In this document: piece after piece, positions 19,942 through 28,620 of the stretch | Layout of the letters: the number at the start of each line of letters is the position of its first letter | How positions within the stretch are numbered: position 1 is the stretch's first letter | Source: Gemmatimonadales bacterium | GTDB lineage: Bacteria; Gemmatimonadota; Gemmatimonadetes; Gemmatimonadales; GWC2-71-9 | Direction: 5' to 3' | NCBI GenBank assembly: GCA_038205305.1 | Contig: JBBRBZ010000002.1 | Location: 2,500-66,499, forward strand | DNA length: 64,000 bases | Translations under genes and position numbers: made by a program | Notes under the pieces: model-generated | The model's input: only the letters and a program-made list of their open reading frames with translations | Database searches by the model: none | Told to the model about the DNA's origin: nothing

Positions 19942-21795
19942 TCAGCGCTTTGGCTGACCCGCCTGCTGTGCCGCGTTGGCCGCCTCGGCCTGCGCGGTGG
20001 TCATCTGGGCGTCGGCGCGGGTGTCCTTCACCTTGGCGTTGGCCCGAAGTGCCGCGATGAACTGCCGCAGGCGATCCTGCTTCGCCAGGCGGAAGAACTG
20101 CGCGGAAAGCTGATCCTTGTCTTTCAGGAATGCCGTCGAGTCGGCCGGCACACGGTCGAGCACCTTCGCCACGTAGAGCCCGTCGGGCGTGTCGATGAGG
20201 TTGCTGGTCTCGCCCTTGTGAAGCCCGAACACCGCACCGATCAGACTTGGCGTCGTGATCGGCGGCTGCACTCGTGTGAAGAGCGGGAAGTCCTGATTGG
20301 GAAGCTTCATCGCCTTGGACGCATCGGCAAGTGATTCGCCCGCGCGGATCCGCTTGACCAGTGTCTCCCCCAACTGCTTGGCCAGCACCACCTTCTTTTC
20401 CAGCCGGACGCCGTAGTCCACGGCGCCGCGCACTGCAGCCAAGGCCGGCATGCCGGCATCCTGCACCGAATCAAGCCTGAAAACGTACGACGCGACTTCG
20501 CCTTCAATCACCGACGAGGTCTCGTTCTTCTTGGCTTGGAACGCCCAGACCGCGGCATCGGGAATGACGTACTGTCCCAGCACCACTCGACCGCTCTCCT
20601 GCACCGGACCGGTCTGGCCAATCGGCAGCTTCAGCACCCGAGCCACGGTGTCAAGCGCTGCGGGATCGAGGCGTTCAGCCGCGAGGCGCTCGAGCGAATC
20701 GGTCTCGGCATCGACCTGGTCACGATGCTTGCCGGCAAGTTCGATCTTCACCAGGATGTGACTGGCGGTCACGCTGTCCTTTGTCCGCTTGCTCACCTTG
20801 ATCAGGTGGTATCCGAATTCAGTGACGACCGGTTCGGACACGATGTTGAGCGGCAGCGAGAAGGCGGCGCCCTCGAACGACTTGGCCATCGCCCCGCGAC
20901 CGAACGTGCCGAGGTCGCCGCCGTTTCGGCCACTGACGGTATCCGCCGACTCGCGCTTCGCCACTTCGGCGAAGGGCGTGCCCTTCTGGATCTCGTCCCG
21001 GAGGGCCTTGGCGTGATCGAGGGCCGCCGCGGTATCGCTGGCGTCGAGCTTGCGCGGCACCGCCACGAAGCTCATGAAGGCCTGACGGGGCCGCTTGAAG
21101 TCGTCCCCGTGCGCCTTGAAGTAGGCCTGTGCCTCGGCGTCGCTCACTTGGACCGCACTGTCGGGAATTGCGTTCCGCGGCAGGATGGCGGTGAGCGAGA
21201 TGCTCACCTCCTCATGCTGGTCGCGGTAGCGCTCCCAGAGCGCCGCGTCGGAAAGAAAGACGTCAGCGGTCACGTTGCGCATCAGCTTGGTCTGGAGCAG
21301 GTCGTTGCGGGCCTGCGCCTCCAGTTGCGGCACGAACTGGGAGCCGAGCGGTGAGGCCAGCCAGCGCTGATACTTCGCCAGGTCGAACCGGCCATCGGTC
21401 TGGAACTCCTGGCTGGTCTGCAGCTCCTGTGGCGGGACGTTGCGGATCCAGTCGGCGACTTCATCATCACCGACGGTGATGCCGGCCTTCTTGATCTGGT
21501 CCGACATGACCGCCTGCTGGATGAACGACTCCCAGACCTGGTTCCTGACCTCCTGGCGCTCGTCGAGGCCGAGGGAAGTTCCGGTCTGTTGCTGCCGCTG
21601 CTGGACCGCGTTCTGGACCGCGGCTTCGTACGTCCGGGTGTCGACGCTGGTCCCGTTGATCGATCCAACGGTAGTCTTGGTGAAGAACCCCCCCTTGCCG
21701 GAGATGCCGCTCAGGTCGACAATCATCCAGGTGAGGAAGGTGATCGTGATCAGGTAGACCACGGGCTTGGCGGCGTTTCGGAAGGCTTGCATCAT
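19942..21795 (-). CDS. ppiD: Periplasmic chaperone / peptidyl-prolyl isomerase PpiD-like (SurA_N + parvulin)
   Basis: N-terminal anchor MMQAFRNAAKPVVYLITITFLTWMIV, SurA_N-like region, and a parvulin domain (GGDLGTFGRGAMAKSFEGAAFSL..TEFGYHLIKV). Confidence 0.8.
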   Translation of the reverse strand: MMQAFRNAAKPVVYLITITFLTWMIVDLSGISGKGGFFTKTTVGSINGTSVDTRTYEAAVQNAVQQRQQQTGTSLGLDERQEVRNQVWESFIQQAVMSDQIKKAGITVGDDEVADWIRNVPPQELQTSQEFQTDGRFDLAKYQRWLASPLGSQFVPQLEAQARNDLLQTKLMRNVTADVFLSDAALWERYRDQHEEVSISLTAILPRNAIPDSAVQVSDAEAQAYFKAHGDDFKRPRQAFMSFVAVPRKLDASDTAAALDHAKALRDEIQKGTPFAEVAKRESADTVSGRNGGDLGTFGRGAMAKSFEGAAFSLPLNIVSEPVVTEFGYHLIKVSKRTKDSVTASHILVKIELAGKHRDQVDAETDSLERLAAERLDPAALDTVARVLKLPIGQTGPVQESGRVVLGQYVIPDAAVWAFQAKKNETSSVIEGEVASYVFRLDSVQDAGMPALAAVRGAVDYGVRLEKKVVLAKQLGETLVKRIRAGESLADASKAMKLPNQDFPLFTRVQPPITTPSLIGAVFGLHKGETSNLIDTPDGLYVAKVLDRVPADSTAFLKDKDQLSAQFFRLAKQDRLRQFIAALRANAKVKDTRADAQMTTAQAEAANAAQQAGQPKR

Positions 21796-21887
21796 AAGCG
21801 ACGATGTGACTCCGGCTACAGGAGGAAACAGCCCGGAAAGCTAGGTCCAGCAAGGCCGTTCCTCAAGGCGGCGGGGCAGATTCGCCG

Positions 21888-21917
21888 TTGACACGCACCT
21901 CGACCGGGAGCTAGTCT
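21888..21917 (+). promoter_or_regulatory. Candidate sigma-70-type promoter: TTGACA-N18-TAGTCT
   Basis: TTGACA at 21888-21893 and TAGTCT at 21912-21917, in the divergent ppiD / TPR-aroQ intergenic region. If used, the TTG start at 21917 of the next ORF cannot be the real start. Confidence 0.3.
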
Positions 21918-22750
21918 TGCCCTCCTCTCGCCCCGCTGCCAGCCATGCCACTGTGAAGTCCCAGGGATCCGAAGCGTTGCACCACCTCGCCGCCGGTTGG
22001 GCGGAACAGCGTCAAGGGCTGGCCTTCGGTCCGCTGGCTGAGGCGCTGCGTAAGCGCGGGGCCCTGGGCGAGGCGCTTCGGGTGGTGGAGGAGGGCTTGT
22101 TGGGCGCACCAGATCATTTGCCGGGGCATCTCGTCATGAGCCGCATCCGCATGGACCAGCAGGACTGGCCGGGGGCCGAAGCCGCTCTCCGGGCCGCCCT
22201 CGGCATTGACCCAGGACACCCGGGAGTCCTCGAGGGAATGGCCTTCCTCGCTGACGCCAGTGGTCGAGCGGCCGAGGGTCGGGCTTGGCGAGAGGCGTTG
22301 GCGGCTGCGCTCCCCGGAAGCATGGGCGTGGCGGCCACAGGCGCCGGCTCCCTTCCGAATTCCGACGCGACGGACGATGCTGAGTTGGGCGACCCAGGCG
22401 AGTTCATCCAGACCGAGTCTCTCGCCACACTCTATCGCCGTCAGGGCCACCTCGAGAAGGCGATGGAGGTCTACGAGGCGCTGGTCCGCCAGTCGCCGCG
22501 GAACCAGGCGCTGGTGGCCCGACGAGATGCACTTCGGGAGGAACTGCTCGGGAGTCGGCCGCGGCCGTATGACTCGGCCCTCAGCGGCGGGCCCAGCGTC
22601 CGGTCCTGGCTCGCAGGGATCGCCTCGGCGGCTCCGCAGGCCCCTCCGGAGACGGGCTACGACGCGTTCTTCGAGGCACCCACCTCGACTCCCGATGAGT
22701 CGGCCGATTTCGAGGCATTCCAGACATGGCTGAAGGGGCTGGGGCGATGA
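21917..22750 (+). CDS. TPR-like hypothetical protein (start uncertain; in-frame GTG at 21953)
   Basis: TPR-like helices (GEALRVVEEGLL.., TESLATLYRRQGHLEKAMEVYEALVRQSPRN) and a C-terminal FEAFQTWLKGL motif. The stop overlaps the aroQ start. Confidence 0.55.
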   Translation: MPSSRPAASHATVKSQGSEALHHLAAGWAEQRQGLAFGPLAEALRKRGALGEALRVVEEGLLGAPDHLPGHLVMSRIRMDQQDWPGAEAALRAALGIDPGHPGVLEGMAFLADASGRAAEGRAWREALAAALPGSMGVAATGAGSLPNSDATDDAELGDPGEFIQTESLATLYRRQGHLEKAMEVYEALVRQSPRNQALVARRDALREELLGSRPRPYDSALSGGPSVRSWLAGIASAAPQAPPETGYDAFFEAPTSTPDESADFEAFQTWLKGLGR

Positions 22751-23187
22751 TGCGCGTGGTGGTGGTGAATGGTCCCAACCTCAACCTCCTCGGCTCGCGC
22801 GAGCCGGGGATCTACGGCCACGCCACTCTCGCCGACATCGAGGCCTCGCTGCGCGCCAAGGCCGCCGAACATCAGGTGCGCATCGAGTTCGTCCAGTCGA
22901 ATCACGAAGGAGTCCTCGTCGATACCGTGCAGGGGCTCGCCGCGCGGTGTGATGCTGCGATTGTGAATCTGGGGGGCTACACCCATACCTCGGTCGCGAT
23001 CCGTGATGCCTTCCTGGCGGCACCGATCCCGTTCGTCGAGGTGCACCTCTCCAACCTCTTCGCGCGCGAGGCGGCCCGGCATCACTCGCTCACGGCCGAT
23101 CTCGCGCTCGGAGTCATCACCGGGCTCGGCGCGCAGGGATACCTGCTCGCGCTGGAGGCGTTGATCGCAACGCGCGGCAATGGCTGA
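22747..23187 (+). CDS. aroQ: Type II 3-dehydroquinate dehydratase
   Basis: VVVVNGPNLNLLGSREPGIYG.., QSNHEG.., NLGGYTHTSVAIRDA.., VEVHLSN. Confidence 0.9.
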   Translation: MMRVVVVNGPNLNLLGSREPGIYGHATLADIEASLRAKAAEHQVRIEFVQSNHEGVLVDTVQGLAARCDAAIVNLGGYTHTSVAIRDAFLAAPIPFVEVHLSNLFAREAARHHSLTADLALGVITGLGAQGYLLALEALIATRGNG

Positions 23188-24265
23188 TCGACGGGCAGCG
23201 CGTCATGCCGCCGTGGTGGCAAGCATGGTGCGGGAAAACCTCGACGCGTTGCTCGTTTCGCACTTGCCGAATATCCGCTGGCTGACCGGCTTCAGCGGAT
23301 CCGCCGGCGTGTTGCTGGTCGGGCCCACGCGCATGCTGCTGATCACGGATTTCCGCTACGCCGCCCAGGCGCCACAAGAAGTCGGCGCCTCTGCCGATGT
23401 GGTCATCGAGCGGCAGAATGTTCCCGATCGCGTGCGACGCGCCATCGAGAGTCTGGCGCCGGAGACGCTCGGGGTCGAGACCCATGTCCTCACGGTGCGC
23501 GAAGCGGAGCGACTGAGCGCTGGACTGCGCTGCAAGGTGGCCCCTTCCGGTGAACTAGTGGAACGACTGCGCCAAGTGAAGGACGAGCAGGAGGTCGCTG
23601 CGATCCATGCCGCCGCGTCGCTTGCCCTCGATGCCCTCGCTGAGGTGCTGCCGTCTGTTCGGGCGGGCGAGCGGGAACTCGATGTGGCCGCGAGACTGGA
23701 AGGAGCGCTCCGGATTCGGGGGAGCGAGTGGCACCCCTTTCCGACCATCGTGGCGAGCGGTCCCCGAGCCGCCATGCCCCATGCCCGGACCACGGCGAAG
23801 GAAATCCAGCGGGGCGAGTTCCTTCTCCTCGATTTTGGCGCGGAGCTCGACGGCTACTGCTCCGACATCACCAGGACGGTGGCGATCGGCCCGGCCGACG
23901 AGCGCCAGCGGACGATCTACCAGCTGGTGCGCGAGGCCCAGATCGCTGCGCGCGAGGGGATTCACCCCGGCATGACCGGCCGCGAGGCCGACGCCCTGGC
24001 CCGGGACCTCATCGCCAGTCGCGGCTACGGCGAGGCGTTCGGCCATTCCCTCGGCCACGGCTTGGGTCTGGAAGTCCATGAGGGGCCACGGCTTGCCTTG
24101 ACCGCCGAGGCTGTCCTCCCGGTTGGCGCGGTGGTGACGGTGGAGCCGGGCATCTATCTTCCGGGTTGGGGCGGGGTCCGGCTGGAGGACGATGTCTGGC
24201 TGGGGGCTGAGGGCCCGGTCCTCCTTTCCGATGGCCGAATCGACCTTATCGAACTCGACACTTAG
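23180..24265 (+). CDS. pepP: Xaa-Pro aminopeptidase / M24 family metallopeptidase
   Basis: Creatinase_N-like N-terminus and an M24 core with metal ligands (LLLDFGAELDGYCSDITRT, GHSLGHGLGLEVHE, VTVEPGIY.., GVRLED). Confidence 0.85.
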   Translation: MADRRAARHAAVVASMVRENLDALLVSHLPNIRWLTGFSGSAGVLLVGPTRMLLITDFRYAAQAPQEVGASADVVIERQNVPDRVRRAIESLAPETLGVETHVLTVREAERLSAGLRCKVAPSGELVERLRQVKDEQEVAAIHAAASLALDALAEVLPSVRAGERELDVAARLEGALRIRGSEWHPFPTIVASGPRAAMPHARTTAKEIQRGEFLLLDFGAELDGYCSDITRTVAIGPADERQRTIYQLVREAQIAAREGIHPGMTGREADALARDLIASRGYGEAFGHSLGHGLGLEVHEGPRLALTAEAVLPVGAVVTVEPGIYLPGWGGVRLEDDVWLGAEGPVLLSDGRIDLIELDT

Positions 24266-24278
24266 CACAGGACGGCAC

Positions 24279-24839
24279 TTGGCGACAACCGCTGACATCC
24301 GTAACGGACTCGTGATCGAACTCGAAGGCCACCTGATGCAGGTGGTCTACTTCCAGCACGTCAAGCCGGGGAAGGGGAGTGCCTTCGTCCGGACCAAAGT
24401 TCGCAATGTGCGGACCGGTGCCGTCCTCGAGCGGACCTTCTCCTCGGGCGAGCGACTCGAAACGGTCAGTCTCGCGCACCGGCCGATGACCTATTCGTAT
24501 CGCGACGGCGATTTCTACCATTTCATGGATCTGCAGAGCTTCGACGACATCATGGTGACCGCCACCCTGATCGGCGCCGACCAGCTCAAGTACCTGCTGG
24601 AGGGAATGGAAGTCACGGGGCTGTTCCACGACGAGACCGTCGTACTGGTGGAACTCCCCCAGTTCGTGGAGTTGCGCATCGTCGAAACCGACCCCGGCAT
24701 TCGTGGTGACACCGCGACTGGCGGGACCAAGCCTGCGAAGCTCGAGACCGGTGCTGTCGTGCAGGTGCCGTTGTTCATCGAGCAGGGCATCACGATCCGG
24801 GTTGACCGGACCGAAGACAGATACCTGACCCGCGTATGA
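24279..24839 (+). CDS. efp: Elongation factor P
   Basis: In-frame TTG at 24279 gives a 186-aa product, (M)ATTADIRNGLVIELEGHLMQVVYFQHVKPGKGSAFVRTKVRN, with the KPGKG loop. Length is typical of EF-P. Confidence 0.92.
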   Translation: MATTADIRNGLVIELEGHLMQVVYFQHVKPGKGSAFVRTKVRNVRTGAVLERTFSSGERLETVSLAHRPMTYSYRDGDFYHFMDLQSFDDIMVTATLIGADQLKYLLEGMEVTGLFHDETVVLVELPQFVELRIVETDPGIRGDTATGGTKPAKLETGAVVQVPLFIEQGITIRVDRTEDRYLTRV

Positions 24840-25357
24840 CACCAGAAGAAATTCAGGACCTCGCTCGCGTCCTCGAGACGGTTCCCGGCATTCGGGGCAT
24901 TGATCTACGGGACGTCCGCCGCCTTGCCCAGCTGTTGCACGAGCGCCCCGAGATCGGGTCGGTCGAGCTGAAGGGCTTCTTCGGGACCGGAGTGGTGATC
25001 ACCCGGACCCACCAGGCGGGCACCTTCGTCGCGGCCCCAGCCGCGGCCAGCCACGCGCCCGCTCCGATAGCCGCTCCTGTCGCAGCGGATCCGGCGCCCG
25101 CGCCGGTCTCGCCGCTGAAGGAGATCAAGTCCCCGATGGTCGGAACATTCTACGCCCAGCCCGAACCGGGGGCCGAGCCGTATGCGCGCGTCGGCTCCCG
25201 CGTCTCCGTGGGGCAGACGGTCTGCATCATCGAGGCGATGAAGATCATGAACGAGATCGAAGCCGAGGTGAGCGGCGTCATTCGCGAGGTCTGTGTCGAC
25301 GACACATCACCCGTCGAATACGGCCAGGTGCTCTACCGAGTGGATCCCAATGGCTGA
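24836..25357 (+). CDS. accB: Acetyl-CoA carboxylase biotin carboxyl carrier protein
   Basis: ATGA overlap with efp. Ala/Pro linker, then a biotinyl domain with EAMKIMNEIEAE. Confidence 0.9.
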   Translation: MTPEEIQDLARVLETVPGIRGIDLRDVRRLAQLLHERPEIGSVELKGFFGTGVVITRTHQAGTFVAAPAAASHAPAPIAAPVAADPAPAPVSPLKEIKSPMVGTFYAQPEPGAEPYARVGSRVSVGQTVCIIEAMKIMNEIEAEVSGVIREVCVDDTSPVEYGQVLYRVDPNG

Positions 25358-26513
25358 CGACGAGGAACTTGGGGCTCCGGGCGAAGGCGAGGGTGGCTTC
25401 AACTTCCGGCAGACCATCGTGCAGATGGTACAGCGATCCGCCTCCGACCTGCTCCTCAAGGCCGGCCGCCCGCCGACGGTGCGTGTCAACGGCCAGCTGC
25501 AGATGCTGGCCATGCCGCCGCTCAAGCCCGAGGAACTGAAGGCGCTGGGCGAGTCGCTGATGACGCCACGGCAGTTCAAGGAGTTCTCCGAGCGGAAGGA
25601 AGCCGATTTCGGCATCGGGGTGCCCGGCGTCGGACGCTTCCGCACCAACGTCTATCAGCAGCGCGGGACGGTGGCCTTCGCCTTCCGTCGGGTGCCCTAC
25701 GAGGTCCAGACGGTGCGCGAGTTGCTCCTGCCGCCGGTTCTCGAAGAGGTGGCCAGCCGACCGCGCGGCCTGATCCTCGTCACTGGCGTGACTGGCAGCG
25801 GCAAGTCCACCGCGCTCGCCGCGATGATCGATCACATCAATCGCACCCGCCGCGTCAACATCATCACCATCGAAGACCCGATCGAGTTCCTGCACCGGGA
25901 TCAGCTGGCCAACGTCTCGCAGCGCGAAATCGGGAGCGACACGCTCTCCTTCGCCGATGCGCTCCGGCACGTGTTGCGCCAAGACCCCGACGTGATCCTG
26001 ATCGGCGAAATTCGCGATATGGAAACGATGGACACCGCGCTCAAGGCGGCCGACACGGGCCACCTCGTGCTCACGACCATCCATACCACCGACGCGACGC
26101 AGACCATCTCCCGCGTGCTGTCGTTCTATCCGCCGCACCAGCATGCCGAGATCCGCATGCTGCTCTCGACCGCGCTCGCGGCCGTGGCCTCCCTGCGGCT
26201 GGTGCCGCGTGCCGATGGCAGTGGCCGCGTGCCCGCTGTGGAGGTGCTGATCAACTCCGCCGCGGTAGCCGACAACATTCGCGACATCCAGAAGGCCCTC
26301 GACATTCCCGATCTCATCTCCCAGGGCGGGGTGACCTACGGGATGCAATCCTTCGACCAGTCGCTGATGCGCTGGTACCAGGACGGCGTCATCACCTACG
26401 ACGAGGCGGTCTTCCACGCTACCCATCCCAGCGAGTTCGCGTTGCGCGTCTCGGGGGTGAGTGCGTCGTCCGACCGCACGTTCACCGACTTGCCAGGCGG
26501 AGAAGGGCGCTGA
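25350..26513 (+). CDS. pilT: PilT/PilU-family type IV pilus retraction-type ATPase
   Basis: ATG at 25350 overlaps the accB end by 8 nt. [15 protein letters not shown], Walker [20 protein letters not shown], Walker B/Asp box [12 protein letters not shown], His box [11 protein letters not shown]. Confidence 0.9.
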   Translation: MADDEELGAPGEGEGGFNFRQTIVQMVQRSASDLLLKAGRPPTVRVNGQLQMLAMPPLKPEELKALGESLMTPRQFKEFSERKEADFGIGVPGVGRFRTNVYQQRGTVAFAFRRVPYEVQTVRELLLPPVLEEVASRPRGLILVTGVTGSGKSTALAAMIDHINRTRRVNIITIEDPIEFLHRDQLANVSQREIGSDTLSFADALRHVLRQDPDVILIGEIRDMETMDTALKAADTGHLVLTTIHTTDATQTISRVLSFYPPHQHAEIRMLLSTALAAVASLRLVPRADGSGRVPAVEVLINSAAVADNIRDIQKALDIPDLISQGGVTYGMQSFDQSLMRWYQDGVITYDEAVFHATHPSEFALRVSGVSASSDRTFTDLPGGEGR

Positions 26514-27874
26514 TGTTCCGCAAGGTCCTGATTGCCAACCGCGGCGAGATTGCGCTGCGGGTCATCCGTGCCTGTCATGAACTCGGGATTCGCACCGTGG
26601 CCGTCTACAGCGAGGCCGACCGCGAGTCGCTCCACGTCCGCTTCGCCGATGACGATCTCTGCATCGGCCCGCCACCGGGGCGACTCTCCTACCTCAAGAT
26701 CCCCAACTTGATCGCCGCCGCCGAGCTCACCGGTGCCGATGCCATCCATCCCGGCTACGGCTTCCTCGCCGAGAACGCGGAGTTCGCTGACACCTGCCGG
26801 GCCTCGAACATCGTCTTCATCGGCCCGACCGGTGACCAGATTCGCTCGATGGGCGACAAGGCCTCGGCGCGTCGGCTCGCCGCCGAGGCGAATGTTCCCA
26901 CCGTGCCCGGTTCTCCCGGGATCATGAAGGACGTGGATGAGGCACTGGCCGTCGCCGAGGAAATCGGCTTTCCGGTGATCATCAAGGCGACCGCGGGAGG
27001 GGGCGGCAAGGGGATGCGCATCGCCAACGATGCGGAGACCTTCGCCCAGTTCTTCTCCCTGGCGCAGAATGAGGCGCTTTCCGCCTTCGGCAACGGCGAT
27101 GTCTACGTCGAGAAGTATCTCGCCCGGCCGCGACACGTCGAGATCCAGATCCTCGGCGACCAACAGGGGCGCGTCGTCCACCTCGGCGAACGCGATTGTT
27201 CGGTGCAGCGGCGTCACCAGAAGTTGATCGAGGAGTCGCCCTCCCCAGCACTCACGCCCGAACTCCGCGAGCGGATGGGCGAGGCGGCTGTGCGACTCGC
27301 CGCGGCCATTGGCTACACCGGCGCCGGCACCATCGAGTTTCTGCTCGACGAGGATGGCTCGTTCTACTTCATGGAAATGAACACCCGCATCCAGGTCGAG
27401 CATCCGGTCACCGAGATGGTGACGGGCCAGGATCTGGTGAAGGAACAGATCCGCGTCGCCGCCGGGGAGCCGCTCTCCTTTGGCGAGATTCAGTTGTCGG
27501 GGCACGCGATCGAAGTGCGGATCAACGCTGAAGATCCGTATCGCAACTTCCAGCCCTGTCCTGGGCTGATCACCGCGTACCATCCACCGGGTGGCCCCGG
27601 GATTCGTGTCGATACGCATGTGTACGCCGGGTACACCGTGCCGCCGTACTACGACTCGCTCCTGGCCAAGCTCATCGCGCACGGCCGTACCCGCGAGGAG
27701 GCGCTCGCGCGGCTCCGTCAGGCGCTCGACACCTTCATTCTCGAAGGCGTCCAGACCACGATTCCGTTCCTCTCGCGCGTGATCCGGCATCCAGATTTCG
27801 TGGCCGGGAAGATCGACACCAAGTTCCTCGAGCGTGAATCGCACCTGCTGCGGCCCGAACACTTCGAGGGATGA
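26513..27874 (+). CDS. accC: Acetyl-CoA carboxylase biotin carboxylase subunit
   Basis: The ATG shares 1 nt with the pilT stop. [21 protein letters not shown].., [22 protein letters not shown]. Confidence 0.97.
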   Translation: MFRKVLIANRGEIALRVIRACHELGIRTVAVYSEADRESLHVRFADDDLCIGPPPGRLSYLKIPNLIAAAELTGADAIHPGYGFLAENAEFADTCRASNIVFIGPTGDQIRSMGDKASARRLAAEANVPTVPGSPGIMKDVDEALAVAEEIGFPVIIKATAGGGGKGMRIANDAETFAQFFSLAQNEALSAFGNGDVYVEKYLARPRHVEIQILGDQQGRVVHLGERDCSVQRRHQKLIEESPSPALTPELRERMGEAAVRLAAAIGYTGAGTIEFLLDEDGSFYFMEMNTRIQVEHPVTEMVTGQDLVKEQIRVAAGEPLSFGEIQLSGHAIEVRINAEDPYRNFQPCPGLITAYHPPGGPGIRVDTHVYAGYTVPPYYDSLLAKLIAHGRTREEALARLRQALDTFILEGVQTTIPFLSRVIRHPDFVAGKIDTKFLERESHLLRPEHFEG

Positions 27875-28620
27875 GACTCGACGTCGCCTTTTCGCCGCTC
27901 GGCCTCGGGCCGGGCGACTTTGCCGGGCGCACCGTGTTCGTGGTGGACGTCCTTCGCGCCACTACCACCATCTGCGCGGCGCTGCATGGTGGAGCGCGGG
28001 CCGTGATCGTGGCCGAGGACATGAGCGACGCGACGCGCCTGGCCCAGGTGCTCGACAAGCGGGACGTGCTGCTCACGGGTGAGCGCGGCGGCGAGCGCAT
28101 CGCCGGATTCGACCTTGGCAATTCCCCCGCGGAAATGACGGCGGAGAAGGTCAAGGGCAAGACGCTGGTGATGACCACCACGAATGGGACCGGGGCACTC
28201 CTTGGTACCACCGGCGCGAAGGAAGTCTTCGTGGCGGCGGGCGTGAATCTCGCCGTCGCCGGGGCTCGCGCCCGTATGGCGCTCGAGGAGGGAGGAGAGG
28301 TGCTGGTGCTCTGTGCCGGACGCAATGAGGGATTCGGCCTCGACGACGCCTACCTCGCCGGACGTGTGGTGGTGGAGGCGCTGGGCGGGAGTCGGCGACG
28401 TCGCGGGCTCAACGACGCGGCTTTGGTCGCCGTCGATCTCGTGCGCCGCTACGGCGATCGCATGGAACGGGTCTTCACCCTGTCCAGCGCGGGCCGCGCC
28501 CTTGCCGCGATCGGCAAGCGCGCCGATCTGCATGACGCGGCCCTCGTCGACGGCCATCCGGTGCTTCCCGTTTTCCGTGATCAACGCGTGACCCTCGCAC
28601 CGACGACCGCCTCGCGATGA
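27871..28620 (+). CDS. comB: 2-phosphosulfolactate phosphatase (ComB) family protein
   Basis: ATGA overlap with acc[30 protein letters not shown] motifs of the ComB family. Confidence 0.75.
   Translation: MRLDVAFSPLGLGPGDFAGRTVFVVDVLRATTTICAALHGGARAVIVAEDMSDATRLAQVLDKRDVLLTGERGGERIAGFDLGNSPAEMTAEKVKGKTLVMTTTNGTGALLGTTGAKEVFVAAGVNLAVAGARARMALEEGGEVLVLCAGRNEGFGLDDAYLAGRVVVEALGGSRRRRGLNDAALVAVDLVRRYGDRMERVFTLSSAGRALAAIGKRADLHDAALVDGHPVLPVFRDQRVTLAPTTASR

Noticed and set aside
24255-24285. TTAGCAC-containing sequence (cacttagcacagg) near the efp start, as a possible CIRCE half-site.
   Set aside because: There is no complementary GAGTGCTAA arm within 9-15 nt, and the context (pepP stop / efp start) does not fit a heat-shock operator.
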